Of a DNA stretch of 64,000 nt, positions 31,942-42,179 are shown one piece after another (the stretch's first letter is position 1; every line of letters begins with the position of its first letter). A program made the translations under genes and the position numbers. The notes under the pieces are model-generated. The model searched no databases and was not told the origin of the DNA. It saw only the letters and a list, made by a program, of their open reading frames with translations. This DNA comes from Methanotrichaceae archaeon (GTDB taxonomy: Archaea > Halobacteriota > Methanosarcinia > Methanotrichales > Methanotrichaceae), in the NCBI GenBank assembly GCA_963803145.1, contig CAWDLW010000012.1, forward strand, positions 171,435-235,434. The letters are read 5' to 3'.

Positions 31942-32924
31942 TTTATCTGCCTCCTCTTAATGGCACCCATGCCGCTCAGCTCCTTGCCGCCGCCTTCACG
32001 TAAGTCTCTGCCAGTATAGTACAGGAACACATCATCTAACTGAGGCTCTTGGAGGGAGATAGATCCAATAATTACTCCATTTCTGGAAGCAACATCCACA
32101 ATATGAGATAGCACCGTATGGGCATTATCAACGGTTATCTTAACCTCATCACCAGCGATAACTACGCTTTTTGCAATGCCCGCTTCTTTAATCTTCTCCA
32201 GATACAGGGGATTATTCTGGGTCTTGACAGTGATAGTCTCGCCCCCGAGCTTTTCCTTCAAGCTCTCGGGCGTATCCAGTGCAACGACATTGCCGTGATC
32301 GACTATAGCTATCCGATCACACAGCTTATCCGCCTCTTCCATGTAATGCGTGGTCAGGATAATGGTGAGATCTTCCGTCTGTAGTAGCTCCTGAATATAT
32401 GACCATATATGATTACGGCTTTGGGGATCAAGGCCGATGGTCGGCTCATCCAAAAATAGCATCTTTGGAGTATGTACCAGGCTTCGAGCTATCTCCAACC
32501 TCCGGCGCATACCGCTAGAGTAGTTTCGCACAAAATCGTTGCCGCGGTCTGATAGCTCTACCAGCTCAAGCACCTTATCGATCTGTTGCTTCATTTCTGG
32601 TTCGGGAACACCATAGAGATCGGCATGCATCTCCAGGTTTTCCCTTCCTGTAAGACGGTCATCTACGCTTGGGTCCTGGAATACAATTCCAATGGACTTT
32701 CTAACCTGAGAAGGCTGTTTAACGATATCATAACCATTGACCAGAGCTGTGCCTGATGTTGGCTTCAGGATCGTACACAGCATGGAGATTATAGTGCTTT
32801 TCCCGGCTCCGTTGGGGCCCAATAGTCCGAAGGTCTCGCCCTGCTCCACATTTATGTTCACTTTATCAACGGCCGTCAAGCCATCGAACTTTTTAGTCAG
32901 ATCCTTTGTCTCTATTGCGCTCAT
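31938..32924 (-). CDS. ABC transporter ATP-binding protein (DrrA-like)
   Basis: GPNGAGKS, YSSGMRRRL, FLDEPT, LTTHYMEEA; overlaps the permease start. Confidence 0.95.
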   Translation of the reverse strand: MSAIETKDLTKKFDGLTAVDKVNINVEQGETFGLLGPNGAGKSTIISMLCTILKPTSGTALVNGYDIVKQPSQVRKSIGIVFQDPSVDDRLTGRENLEMHADLYGVPEPEMKQQIDKVLELVELSDRGNDFVRNYSSGMRRRLEIARSLVHTPKMLFLDEPTIGLDPQSRNHIWSYIQELLQTEDLTIILTTHYMEEADKLCDRIAIVDHGNVVALDTPESLKEKLGGETITVKTQNNPLYLEKIKEAGIAKSVVIAGDEVKITVDNAHTVLSHIVDVASRNGVIIGSISLQEPQLDDVFLYYTGRDLREGGGKELSGMGAIKRRQIK

Positions 32925-32946
32925 TGTGCGCCTCTTTCACAGTAGA

Positions 32947-33036
32947 TCATTTCTCAAACATCCCTGCATTGGCAAAGGCAGCATCTGCCTCTATGCCTTT
33001 GCCCAAAGCCATGAGAGCAAGCCCTTTGCTATTCCA
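32947..33036 (-). pseudogene. TPR gene 3' remnant
   Basis: WNSKGLALMALGKGIEADAAFANAGMFEK*, resembling the C-terminal capping TPR of 2384-3208 and 25458-26870. Confidence 0.5.
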
Positions 33037-33403
33037 TGTTTACTGCATGTTTATCTGGCTTTTGATCTAATTCCGGTTCTATTTTATTGGCCTTCACCAG
33101 CATAAGCCCTTAGAGCCGATTCATCTCTTCTAAAAGTGCCTCGCGAACTATTTTGAATGGATTCTGCATTTAGCTCGGTCTTTGTTATGGTAGAAACCAT
33201 ATATTGTTCTTTCATTTGCATATTAGGCCTTTCAAATTTATGCCAATGGAAAATAAGAATTTGCTTTGGAAAATATCATAGAGCTGCTTTAAGAGAATTA
33301 TAAATCTGTATTATCAATACGTATTTATAATACTAACTTAGATTTAGATCGTTACCAGGCGGAACGCTTTTAATAGAGATATTTCAAGTACTTAACTGAG
33401 ATT

Positions 33404-33643
33404 ATGAGAAGAACTAAGGAGGAGATTATAATCAGGGTCCTGGAGACCTGTCTAACTGATGCCAACAAGACGGTTATTGTTTATAAAAGCAATCTGAACT
33501 TTGCAACAGTAGTTCCCTACCTTGATTCCTTAATAAAGAACGGATTCATATCATTGACAGAAGGACCTACCAGGAAGTATAAAACCACAGATAAAGGAAA
33601 GGAGCTTTTGAGCGGGCTCAAGGAGATCCATAAATTGCTATAG
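33404..33643 (+). CDS. Small winged-HTH protein (COG3432/HTH_45-like)
   Basis: MRRTKEEII..VLE...ANKT.IVYKSNLNF....YL..L...G....YKTTDKG. Confidence 0.88.
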   Translation: MRRTKEEIIIRVLETCLTDANKTVIVYKSNLNFATVVPYLDSLIKNGFISLTEGPTRKYKTTDKGKELLSGLKEIHKLL

Positions 33644-33814
33644 CCTTCGTATAGTGATCACAGCTTTCGTATTTGGGCATTCGGCCTGGCCACCTCAGTA
33701 TTCACAATCATTCAACCGAATGAAAGGGCATTTTGCCAGTTATTTCTCTTCGTTATAATATTGTTAAGTTATGAAAATAACTAGAAAAAAGGTGCAGGGT
33801 ATATGAAATGATTA

Positions 33815-34690
33815 TTAGGAAGATCCCTGCTGGTTTGAAGATCCTAGAGTACATGCAGTCCACGCCCAGTTATCTGCACCATCTGGTATCCTAGCATAGC
33901 ATAGGCCGTTATGAGATCCGGCTCCTGTATACATTACAAAATCCCTTCGATTGTCTCCGGAATCAAAGAGAGTGACATCTTGGTAATCTCCTGTAAGCCC
34001 GGTCACATCAACTACTAAGAACCCAAATGGGGCAATCACTTGATCATTTATCGTTCCTATAACATCTCCACTTATGTTTCTCAAGTACCATAGATTTACA
34101 TTTACTGGGGTATTCCCAGGGTTATACAGCTCCACCATCCCATTTCCACTCTTTGCAGATGCCCCTATGCCGGGATGGATCTCATTTATTACTACTGGTC
34201 CAGTTGAATTGCCAGATGCCTGCCCTGGCGCTACAACGTCAGATCCGCCTGATACTACGCTAGATCCTCCGCCGGAATTGCTCTGAGGAACCTCCCCAGA
34301 ACCGCCACTGCTGCCTCCGTTGTTGCTGCCCCCAGAACCTCCATTTCCGTCAGAGCCGCCATTTCCACCTGAACCACCATTTGATCCGCCTCCGTTTCCT
34401 TCATCAGAGCCGCCTCCGGAATTGCCCCCAGAACCACCGTTATCTCCACCGCCGTTATTATTGCCACCTGACCCCCCTCCAGAGTTATCTCCGGAAGTTG
34501 GTGTTCCAGATTCAATTACAGATACTTGAGTGATATCGCCGCCAACAATGCAATTATCCTCTGCGACAAGCTGTGAGCTTGCGACATAAACATTGTTATC
34601 TTGGCTTTCAGCTGTTTGACTAATGTAAAATAAAACCGGGAAAACAAACAGCATAAAGGCTACCATTGCAGAAATTATCGCTTTTAACAT
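33815..34690 (-). CDS. Secreted Gly/Ser/Asn-rich protein with C-terminal lamin-tail (LTD)-like domain
   Basis: Hydrophobic N-terminus, long GGSGGN linker (~34240-34500), VVINEI...VELYNPG motif. Confidence 0.8.
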   Translation of the reverse strand: MLKAIISAMVAFMLFVFPVLFYISQTAESQDNNVYVASSQLVAEDNCIVGGDITQVSVIESGTPTSGDNSGGGSGGNNNGGGDNGGSGGNSGGGSDEGNGGGSNGGSGGNGGSDGNGGSGGSNNGGSSGGSGEVPQSNSGGGSSVVSGGSDVVAPGQASGNSTGPVVINEIHPGIGASAKSGNGMVELYNPGNTPVNVNLWYLRNISGDVIGTINDQVIAPFGFLVVDVTGLTGDYQDVTLFDSGDNRRDFVMYTGAGSHNGLCYARIPDGADNWAWTACTLGSSNQQGSS

Positions 34691-35505
34691 ATCCCACACT
34701 CCACCCGTATTTATTCTACGTACGGTCCTTCCACTCTATTAACTAGTCTTTAAATTTATAAGAGTATACGAACTTTGATTAATTATTCTATGGTTCTAAA
34801 TCGTATCCATGTCCAACAATCTTTTCTTAATTTTGTTGATTCATACAAAAGTTTGACATTTATCTACCGATGTGTATATTCTTTTTAGATGCCATGATAT
34901 TTCGCAACTACATCAAATGTACTTGTTAGAGTAATTAAATATATCATTTAGTGATGATTGCATTTTTCCTTTTAGAATACTCCTAAAATATCATCCTATA
35001 CTAATATACTATCCCGACGATGTTACGGTAATTTTTATCTAGCGGACATATTTAACAGCTAGCTTTGTTAAAGAGAATGCAAGCAGAAAGCCTATAACAG
35101 CGATTATAACCGATAGTGAATGCATCTCCTAAAAAAAGGCTGTGGTGTATGGTGGCTATACTCATGACGGAAGCATCTAATATATTGGAAAATAGCGGTA
35201 AAACCATATGCGAAAGAATATGATTTTCAGAGGGAATAGGAAAATTTATATACTGTATTAGTACTACTATTATTATCATCTATGAAGGGCCGCAGTCTCA
35301 TGCCATCCCTCCCTAGAAACTTTTGCCAAAGAGGCATTTTAGACTGCGGTCCAGTAAACTATCATTTCTCAATCGGATCGCTCGAAACAATCGAGATTCG
35401 CTCAATCACTTCCTTGTGATTATCGATTAAAGCAGTAGCAATTATACTTAGGCAGTATCATCCACTAAAAAAAAGGACTTACCAGGATATAATATCCCGG
35501 TAGAA

Positions 35506-36240
35506 TCATAATTTCTTGTGGCAGAACCACCAATCGTAGCAGATTATCTCTCCGCCGGTAACACGTGTCTTAGCAGTCTTTTCGTCTGCAGGCGGCGGTA
35601 TGATCACATCCTCGCCGATAAGCTCATTTTTCGGCCAGTTGGCAGGCGCAGACACCTTATACTTATCTGTGGTTTGAAGTGCATTAACGGCCCTCAGGAT
35701 TTCATCCATGTTTCTGCCGACCTCCTGGGGATAGAAGAGTATCAGTCTAACAGTTCCCTCTGGATCGACGATAAATACTGCCCTGACTGTATTCGTCCCT
35801 TTTCCCGGATGGATCATCCCCATCTTTGCGGCAATCTTTCCTTGATCGTCTGCGATGATTGGGAACTTGATCTCTACGCCCAAATTCTCCTTGATCCACT
35901 GCGTCCACTTCATATGGGAGAATACCTGATCGATGGAGAGGCCAATAAGCCCGCAGTTCAGCTTTTCAAACTCAGGCCTTCTTTTCTCGAACCCCACGAA
36001 CTCCGTGGTACATACTGGCGTGAAGTCCGCCGGATGGCTGAAGAGCACAAACCATTTGCCTGCAAAGTGATCAGGTAGCTTAAGAGTTCCTTGGGTAGTC
36101 TTTACCTCCATCTGTGGGAACTTATCTCCGATCAAGGGAAAAGCGGATGCCTCTCCGCCCATCATATGATGCATCATGCCCATATGTTCCATATGTCCCA
36201 TTCCTTCTTTCATGCCCATAGGCCCATCAGTTCTGCACAT
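35506..36240 (-). CDS. Peroxiredoxin (Prx6/archaeal type) with Met/His-rich N-terminal extension
   Basis: [35 protein letters not shown]. Confidence 0.95.
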   Translation of the reverse strand: MCRTDGPMGMKEGMGHMEHMGMMHHMMGGEASAFPLIGDKFPQMEVKTTQGTLKLPDHFAGKWFVLFSHPADFTPVCTTEFVGFEKRRPEFEKLNCGLIGLSIDQVFSHMKWTQWIKENLGVEIKFPIIADDQGKIAAKMGMIHPGKGTNTVRAVFIVDPEGTVRLILFYPQEVGRNMDEILRAVNALQTTDKYKVSAPANWPKNELIGEDVIIPPPADEKTAKTRVTGGEIICYDWWFCHKKL

Positions 36241-36491
36241 ATCATATGCCTCTTTTTTCTAGATTATTTTACGATTACTAATTAAAGGTTACTATTGCTA
36301 TGTGAGTAATAATGCTTGAGGGTTTACTCCTTGGCTAGCTTTGAGGCTATGGTTGCCATATGCTTGCCCTGGAATATCTGGAACATCGCAGTATCTCTAT
36401 TTTCAATCAGAAAGTTAGTATGCCTGAGTAATGTATAAGGGACTTTCAGAACCTCCATAATGCCTCTACTTATTTTAGGACTTTTAGGAGA

Positions 36492-37753
36492 GTGAACGCT
36501 CCCCGCCCTAAAGGGCGGAGCTTCTATCGCTTTTGCGAAGAGATTGCATCCCCAATCTCAGAATGTTGATCGCTGCATTCAGATCTCTATCCATGGACAA
36601 GCCACATTCCGAGCAGCTATGGATTCTTTCAGAGAGATCTTTTTTGACTATTAGACCACACCTGGAACACATCTGAGATGTTAGTCCTGGATCTACCAGT
36701 ACAACCTTTGAACCAGCGTATACTGCTTTGCTCTCAGTTGCCTTCACCAGCATATTCCAAGCCACATCCGAGATAGATTTAGCTAGGCAATGGTTTTTGA
36801 GCATATTTCGGATATCAAGGTCTTCAAAGACTATTACGCCAAATCGATCCACCAACTCACGGCTAACCTGGTTGGCAAAATCGTTTCGCCTGTTAGCGAT
36901 CCTCTCATGGACTCGTTCGACGACCTTTAAGGCAGCTCTCCTCTCAGGTGAACCTTTCGGAGCTTTTGAGAGCTTCCTTTGAACCTTAGCAAGCTCTTTT
37001 TCCTCATCCCTGAAGAATCTAGGATTAGCAATCGTCTCACCATTGGAGAGAGTCGCGAAACTCTCCAAGCCTACATCAATCCCTACGACTGAACCATCTT
37101 TCCAGGGAGGCAGGGGTATGTCTTCCAACTCAACTGAGAGGCAAGCAAACCATTTGCCAGTGGGCATTTTCCTAACTACGCAGGTCTTGATCTTGCCATT
37201 AATAGGTCTATGGAGCTTGACCTTGATATCACCGATCTTGGAGAGATGGAGTTTGCCAGAATCCAATCCGAACCCGGATTGAGGATATGTAATACTGTCA
37301 TACCGGCCTTTTCCTTTGAATCTAGGATATCCGGGATTCTCGCCAGCTTTAACTCTTCGAAAGAATGCTTTGAAGGCAAGTTCTACCCTCAGAACAACGT
37401 TTTGAAGCGTGAGAGAATGGACTTCTTTGAACTCAGGATGATTTACTTTCAATTGAGGTAATCTATCCTGAGTCTCAAAACGCTTGACTTGTCGTTGCTC
37501 TTTCTCCCACGCGTTCTTTCGATATGCCAAGGTATCATTATAGACTTGCCTGCAAAGCTCAAGCTGCCTTTCTAGGATACGGACTTGAGATTTTGTCGGG
37601 AATAGTCTAGAGCAATACGATTTAAGCATTGATGATAAGTTGCTTAATAAGGTTAAATAGTTATTGATTACGCGAGAAGACGGGAGGACTCCACTCTCAT
37701 CCCACGGCCTGAAGGCCGGGGACTTCTCGTTCCGTCCTCTCCGCCCCTGCGAA
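36492..37753 (-). mobile_element. IS200/IS605-family element carrying only tnpB (IS1341-like)
   Basis: Right-end hairpin CCGCCCTTTAGGGCGG followed by TTCAC ending at 36492; left-end hairpin CGGCCTTCAGGCCG near 37705-37718; left boundary approximate. Confidence 0.8.
36508..37629 (-). CDS. tnpB: RNA-guided endonuclease TnpB
   Basis: GYPRFK, GIDVG (RuvC-I), VFEDL (RuvC-II), CSRC/CSEC Zn finger, DRDLNAAINI (RuvC-III). Confidence 0.95.
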   Translation of the reverse strand: MLKSYCSRLFPTKSQVRILERQLELCRQVYNDTLAYRKNAWEKEQRQVKRFETQDRLPQLKVNHPEFKEVHSLTLQNVVLRVELAFKAFFRRVKAGENPGYPRFKGKGRYDSITYPQSGFGLDSGKLHLSKIGDIKVKLHRPINGKIKTCVVRKMPTGKWFACLSVELEDIPLPPWKDGSVVGIDVGLESFATLSNGETIANPRFFRDEEKELAKVQRKLSKAPKGSPERRAALKVVERVHERIANRRNDFANQVSRELVDRFGVIVFEDLDIRNMLKNHCLAKSISDVAWNMLVKATESKAVYAGSKVVLVDPGLTSQMCSRCGLIVKKDLSERIHSCSECGLSMDRDLNAAINILRLGMQSLRKSDRSSAL

Positions 37754-37924
37754 TTAAACTTGCTGCTCAGCGGTTCTATTCAGCATCAGAGCCGTTATGA
37801 TAATTTATCTATGCTGGTGCAATAACGGATGAGCTTTGGCAAGGTTTAAGACGAGAGCCGAATGTGATAGTGCTGGATGCCGAAATACGATAATATCAGA
37901 AGCCTAAGATGGTGAAGTAAGCAT

Positions 37925-38929
37925 ATGGATATCTTCTCCCATGCATTGCTTCCTTACCTCGTAGGTAGCCTTGTGAAGCTGAACAAGAGAGATCTTACAG
38001 CTTTAGTCGTGGGTGGGATTATCCCTGATCTGGATTTCCTTATCCTGTGGATTAACTACCTCTATCCGAGCGATCTTTTGCTTACTCACAGAGGAATTAC
38101 TCATACGCTGATATTCGGTCTTCTATTATCGCTTATAATGCTATACATACTATCACGCGGCAAAGTTAAAAGTGCGATCAATAGGTTAGCGGACTTCGAT
38201 ATTTCCCTAACAGGAAGGGCCCTTATATTTGTCTATGTAGGCGTATTGAGCCATCTTCTCCTGGATTATCTGACCACATGGGGAGTTCCTCTGTTTTATC
38301 CGCTTGATGCATCAAGGGTGTCTGCCGATATATTCTCCCCTATTGAGATCGTGCTTGCAATAACAAGCCTGGCAATCATCGCCGTGCTGCTGAGAAACGG
38401 CCTGAGAAACAGCCAAAGCAGATCGACAAAGGTGAGGCTATTAGCTGTCTTTTTAATAGTAATAATAGCAGTGGGGCTTATCAGGATAGATGGAAAGGAG
38501 ATGTCAGAGAGTTTTCTAGGAGATGCAAATGCTAAGAGCTATCCTGACACAGATCTGTTTAAATGGAGTGTTCTTGAGGACAACGGAAGCTGGTTTGATG
38601 TATATGAGTATGACCTTCTTTCTGGGGATATGCAGCATATGGCGGCCTTTCCATATCTGGAAATATCGTCGGATAGAAACAATTCAAATGAGGATATCGG
38701 AGCTGCATTGGCGGCAGCAAACAGGCTGCCACAGGTAGTGCTCTTTCGCTGGAGGGCATATGCTGTTGCAATCAATGCTTCGTTTAAAGACGACATATGG
38801 CATCTCGAATATTATGATCCTGTAGCCAGAGCCAGGCAGATGAAATCGCCACCTATGCTCAAAATGGCAACAGGCGGCTACTCGTCGATTAGGGTAAAAG
38901 TCGATGACGGCAAGGCTTTCGTTGTATGA
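37925..38929 (+). CDS. Membrane-bound metal-dependent hydrolase (YdjM-like)
   Basis: MDIFSH, PDLD, HRGITHT, SHLLLDYLT.WG. Confidence 0.88.
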   Translation: MDIFSHALLPYLVGSLVKLNKRDLTALVVGGIIPDLDFLILWINYLYPSDLLLTHRGITHTLIFGLLLSLIMLYILSRGKVKSAINRLADFDISLTGRALIFVYVGVLSHLLLDYLTTWGVPLFYPLDASRVSADIFSPIEIVLAITSLAIIAVLLRNGLRNSQSRSTKVRLLAVFLIVIIAVGLIRIDGKEMSESFLGDANAKSYPDTDLFKWSVLEDNGSWFDVYEYDLLSGDMQHMAAFPYLEISSDRNNSNEDIGAALAAANRLPQVVLFRWRAYAVAINASFKDDIWHLEYYDPVARARQMKSPPMLKMATGGYSSIRVKVDDGKAFVV

Positions 38930-39068
38930 AAATTTGTTTTGAATACTAATTGAGTATTTGCCTGCGAGAGATATAATACATTAAGTTGATTAAGGAATTA
39001 TAAATCTATGAACCTTCAAGCGGAAAAATGTATATACGTCGGAACAATAGTTATTTAAGGAGATATAA

Positions 39069-39485
39069 ATGGCCACTAATTATGCTGTAAAGGCTGCAAT
39101 AGACGAACTTTATGAATCTTTGTCGGTAGATAGCATAATTGGCGAGCCTATAGCGATAGGGGACAAGATAATTCTGCCTGTTACCAAGATGGGCATTGTT
39201 TTCGGCACTGGACTTCATTGCGGAGCTCAGGATAGTTGTGCTGACGGCAACGCAGGTGGAGGCGGCGGCATATTCCCTGTAGCCGTGGTTGTCATTTCCA
39301 AAAGCATCCAAGGGCCTGAGGGGATCAGGGTTATTCCCCTGACCAAGCCATCCACTCAAGTTGAGCTTGCAGAATCCCTGAATCACATAGCCTCAGCAGT
39401 GGTCTCAAGACTGAAGGCTAGTAGTACGGCCAGTGAAAATAAGCCATCGCATATTCCTAATACAGCCAGGGTGGAGATAAAGTAG
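39069..39485 (+). CDS. GerW/YtfJ-family protein
   Basis: IIGEPI.IGDKIILPVTK...FG.G...GGGGGI.PVAVVVI. Confidence 0.85.
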   Translation: MATNYAVKAAIDELYESLSVDSIIGEPIAIGDKIILPVTKMGIVFGTGLHCGAQDSCADGNAGGGGGIFPVAVVVISKSIQGPEGIRVIPLTKPSTQVELAESLNHIASAVVSRLKASSTASENKPSHIPNTARVEIK

Positions 39486-39495
39486 GTATCAGAAG

Positions 39496-40176
39496 ATGAA
39501 TACATTAGCAATTGCAATAATTCTAATCTTAATAGTCCTTTTGATGGTCTTTCTGCTAGGTCCCTTCCGTCTTTACTTTAGCCTCGGAAAGGAAGATATA
39601 TCTTTGCAGAGTTTTTATAAACTCAGCTTTTTAGGCTTTACGCTAAAGAAAGGTGAGATTCCTTCGATACAAGCTAGTCCTACTGAGGGGATCGTGGAAA
39701 ATCAAGAGCATCAGGAAGCTATCGCCTCGAAGACGGTCGATGCCTCTGAAAAGGAGTATGATGAGAAAACTTATGAGGATGCAAATATAGGCGCTGATCA
39801 AAAGCCAATCAAGATACCGCCTCAGACGCAAGTAAGGCTCATTATCGATGCCTTTCCCCAGATCGCCCAGATACTCATCGATCTCATAAAATCCATAAAT
39901 ATAAAGAGATTTTTTTGCGAAATATCCTTTGGACTAGATGATCCTGTAGATACAGCCGTGGTGAACGGCTATCTCTGGTCAATAGCCTCTGCAACTGGCC
40001 TTTATAGAACGGATATTTCTATAGAGCCTCGATTTGATGGAGCCCAACTTGAGGGATCTATATTAGCTGTGATTGAGGCAAGAATGCTATGGTTTGTAGT
40101 AGCTGCCGCAAAAGCATTAGAAGAGGAGAAGACGAGGAAGCTGATATTTGAACTTGTGAAGGGTGGTGTCTCTTGA
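39496..40176 (+). CDS. DUF2953 (YtfI-like) protein
   Basis: N-terminal TM; FGLDDPVDTA...G and I.I.P.F motifs. Confidence 0.8.
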   Translation: MNTLAIAIILILIVLLMVFLLGPFRLYFSLGKEDISLQSFYKLSFLGFTLKKGEIPSIQASPTEGIVENQEHQEAIASKTVDASEKEYDEKTYEDANIGADQKPIKIPPQTQVRLIIDAFPQIAQILIDLIKSINIKRFFCEISFGLDDPVDTAVVNGYLWSIASATGLYRTDISIEPRFDGAQLEGSILAVIEARMLWFVVAAAKALEEEKTRKLIFELVKGGVS

Positions 40177-40475
40177 AGATCGACACCGGAAAAATCCCCA
40201 GAATTGAGACCGATATAAAGATAGGTGAGGCTCTGAGAATAGACAATAGGACACTCTATTTTTTAGCCAGAGTCACTATCATGAAGACCGATGACGGAAA
40301 AATCCTTGGAGGATGGGCTAATCCACTGGCTATAGTAGTCAGTGAGCAAAATGAAGAGTATGTGCTCTCTTTTACAGACAAGGATTACACCATCGATCAG
40401 CTTATTGAAATGGCACCTTCTCTGGGGGATGTTTTGAATAAAGATAAGGGGATACATAAGGTCAAGATAGAATGA
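40173..40475 (+). CDS. Hypothetical protein, possibly a divergent YtfJ-like fold
   Basis: Overlaps the upstream stop; IGEALRIDNRTL...PLAIVV resembles the GerW pattern. Confidence 0.65.
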   Translation: MKIDTGKIPRIETDIKIGEALRIDNRTLYFLARVTIMKTDDGKILGGWANPLAIVVSEQNEEYVLSFTDKDYTIDQLIEMAPSLGDVLNKDKGIHKVKIE

Positions 40476-40565
40476 AGGAATATCGATCGGTAAGGTCAGT
40501 AAGATCGGTATGTTCGGCATGTCATCGATACTGTTGAAATAAAAGTATAAAATAGTTTAGAGGTC

Positions 40566-41024
40566 TCAGGCTTTGATTACGACAGTCTTCGCTGCCCTAT
40601 CCCCGAGCCTCTGCTTTTTGTGTGATGTCCAGATAAGTATTGCTCCAATTAGATAAAAGATGAGGCCATCGATTACTCTGAGTATGTTTCTTACGAATGC
40701 TGTGCCCATATCTATGGGGCTTCCATCTTCCTTAACCACTTTTATTTTCATGGCCATCTTACCTATCGTTTGTCCCCTGGTTCCCTCAAGGTAAGTATAA
40801 TAGGCGATGTATATTACGAACGTAACTATACCCCACCCGGATAACGCTCCCTGGGGGTTCATATAGAAGCCTGTAGTATAGACGCCAAACAGAATGCCTA
40901 AAAACCAGCCTACTATTCCCAAAATTATGCTATCTATCAGCAATGCCACAAATCTTGTTCCTACGCCCTGATACGCCATTGGCTCATGATGCGCAGCCGG
41001 TACCGTCTCAACTGTGTCTGCCAT
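40566..41024 (-). CDS. RDD family membrane protein
   Basis: RFVALLID, GQTIGK, QRLGDRAAKTVV. Confidence 0.92.
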   Translation of the reverse strand: MADTVETVPAAHHEPMAYQGVGTRFVALLIDSIILGIVGWFLGILFGVYTTGFYMNPQGALSGWGIVTFVIYIAYYTYLEGTRGQTIGKMAMKIKVVKEDGSPIDMGTAFVRNILRVIDGLIFYLIGAILIWTSHKKQRLGDRAAKTVVIKA

Positions 41025-41360
41025 AAACCCATCCCCAAAGCTATCAATACATTGTAAACTAAATTATATATAAATCATCTAATATTGAATATATCATCCT
41101 CTTTATCTCTATCGATGTGCTTGGGTCCTGCTCTAACTATGGAAGTTAATTTTAACTATTAGGATAATTACTATTTAAATATCCCGAATCCTTCGGCTTT
41201 GCATATAAAGTCACTTTGACAGAAGCTCAGTTCAAATTAGACCCACGATATTGTGGGGGATATAGTATCATCAGTTTTATATTTTTGCAAATCCAACAGT
41301 TATAATAGCGACCGAATATGTGACGGTGGCAGGGTTAATGCGTAAAATAGAGGTTAAAAC

Positions 41361-42179
41361 ACGAATAAGCTATACGGTACAATAATAGGTGGAGCAGTAG
41401 GCTTAATTATAGGCATAATTGGTTTATTACTCTTAAGGATAGAGTATGGTCCGACACATGCAGCCCATACGCCGTTAATGATAATAATAACTATAGTCCT
41501 GCTCATTATTGGCGCTATTATCGGATACTTCAGCTCTGGAAAAAAGGAGACCATAAAAACGCCCACAAACGCAGTGCCACCCAAAATGACCAAAATGAAA
41601 ATCATCGCTGTGATAGCGCTGGGAATTATCGTGGGGGCGGTGCTGGCATTCCTCACAGGAGGCATTCTCATTTACTATGAGGCACACACCATGGAAACGA
41701 ATGTCAATGGCTGGAGCACCACCTTGAATTACGGTGAATGGGGCAACAACATTCTCTTACGGGCAGCATTCGCCCAGGTCCTTACCGCCGCTAACGTGCC
41801 AGCGGAGGCAGTGTACTGGACGACAACCGTGGACAGCACGGGTAGCAAGCTGAACGGAACACATGACTATATAATGCACTTCCCCGCCGGAGGGCTCCCT
41901 CCAAACAATGCCTTCTGGTCGTTGACAATGGAAGACTCAAATTATTACATGGTGAACAATTCGATAAATCGTTATAACGTCGGTTCATTGTCGAACCTTA
42001 CGCCGAACGCGGATGGGTCCGTTGATATTTACATACAGAACGCACCTCCATCCGGCAATGATTCCAACTGGCTGCCGGCGCCCTCCGGCGACTTCATGCT
42101 GTGGCTGCGTGCCTACCTGCCTGGCCCGGCGATCCTGAACGGTTCGTACCAGGTGCCGCCCGTCGTGGAGGTGAGCTGA
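41361..42179 (+). CDS. Membrane-anchored DUF1214 domain protein
   Basis: EAVY, PPNNAFWSLTM, NADGSVDIYIQ, NWLPAP, LRAYLP. ORF track starts at 41478, but the frame is open back to ACG 41361 (6 nt after GAGGT), which adds a TM helix. Confidence 0.85.
   Translation, partial: TNKLYGTIIGGAVGLIIGIIGLLLLRIEYGPTHAAHTPLMIIITIVLLIIGAIIGYFSSGKKETIKTPTNAVPPKMTKMKIIAVIALGIIVGAVLAFLTGGILIYYEAHTMETNVNGWSTTLNYGEWGNNILLRAAFAQVLTAANVPAEAVYWTTTVDSTGSKLNGTHDYIMHFPAGGLPPNNAFWSLTMEDSNYYMVNNSINRYNVGSLSNLTPNADGSVDIYIQNAPPSGNDSNWLPAPSGDFMLWLRAYLPGPAILNGSYQVPPVVEVS

Noticed and set aside
34240-34500. Gly-rich repeats and Pro-rich antisense ORFs
   Set aside because: This is an ordinary low-complexity linker of the LTD protein; the antisense ORFs are artefacts.
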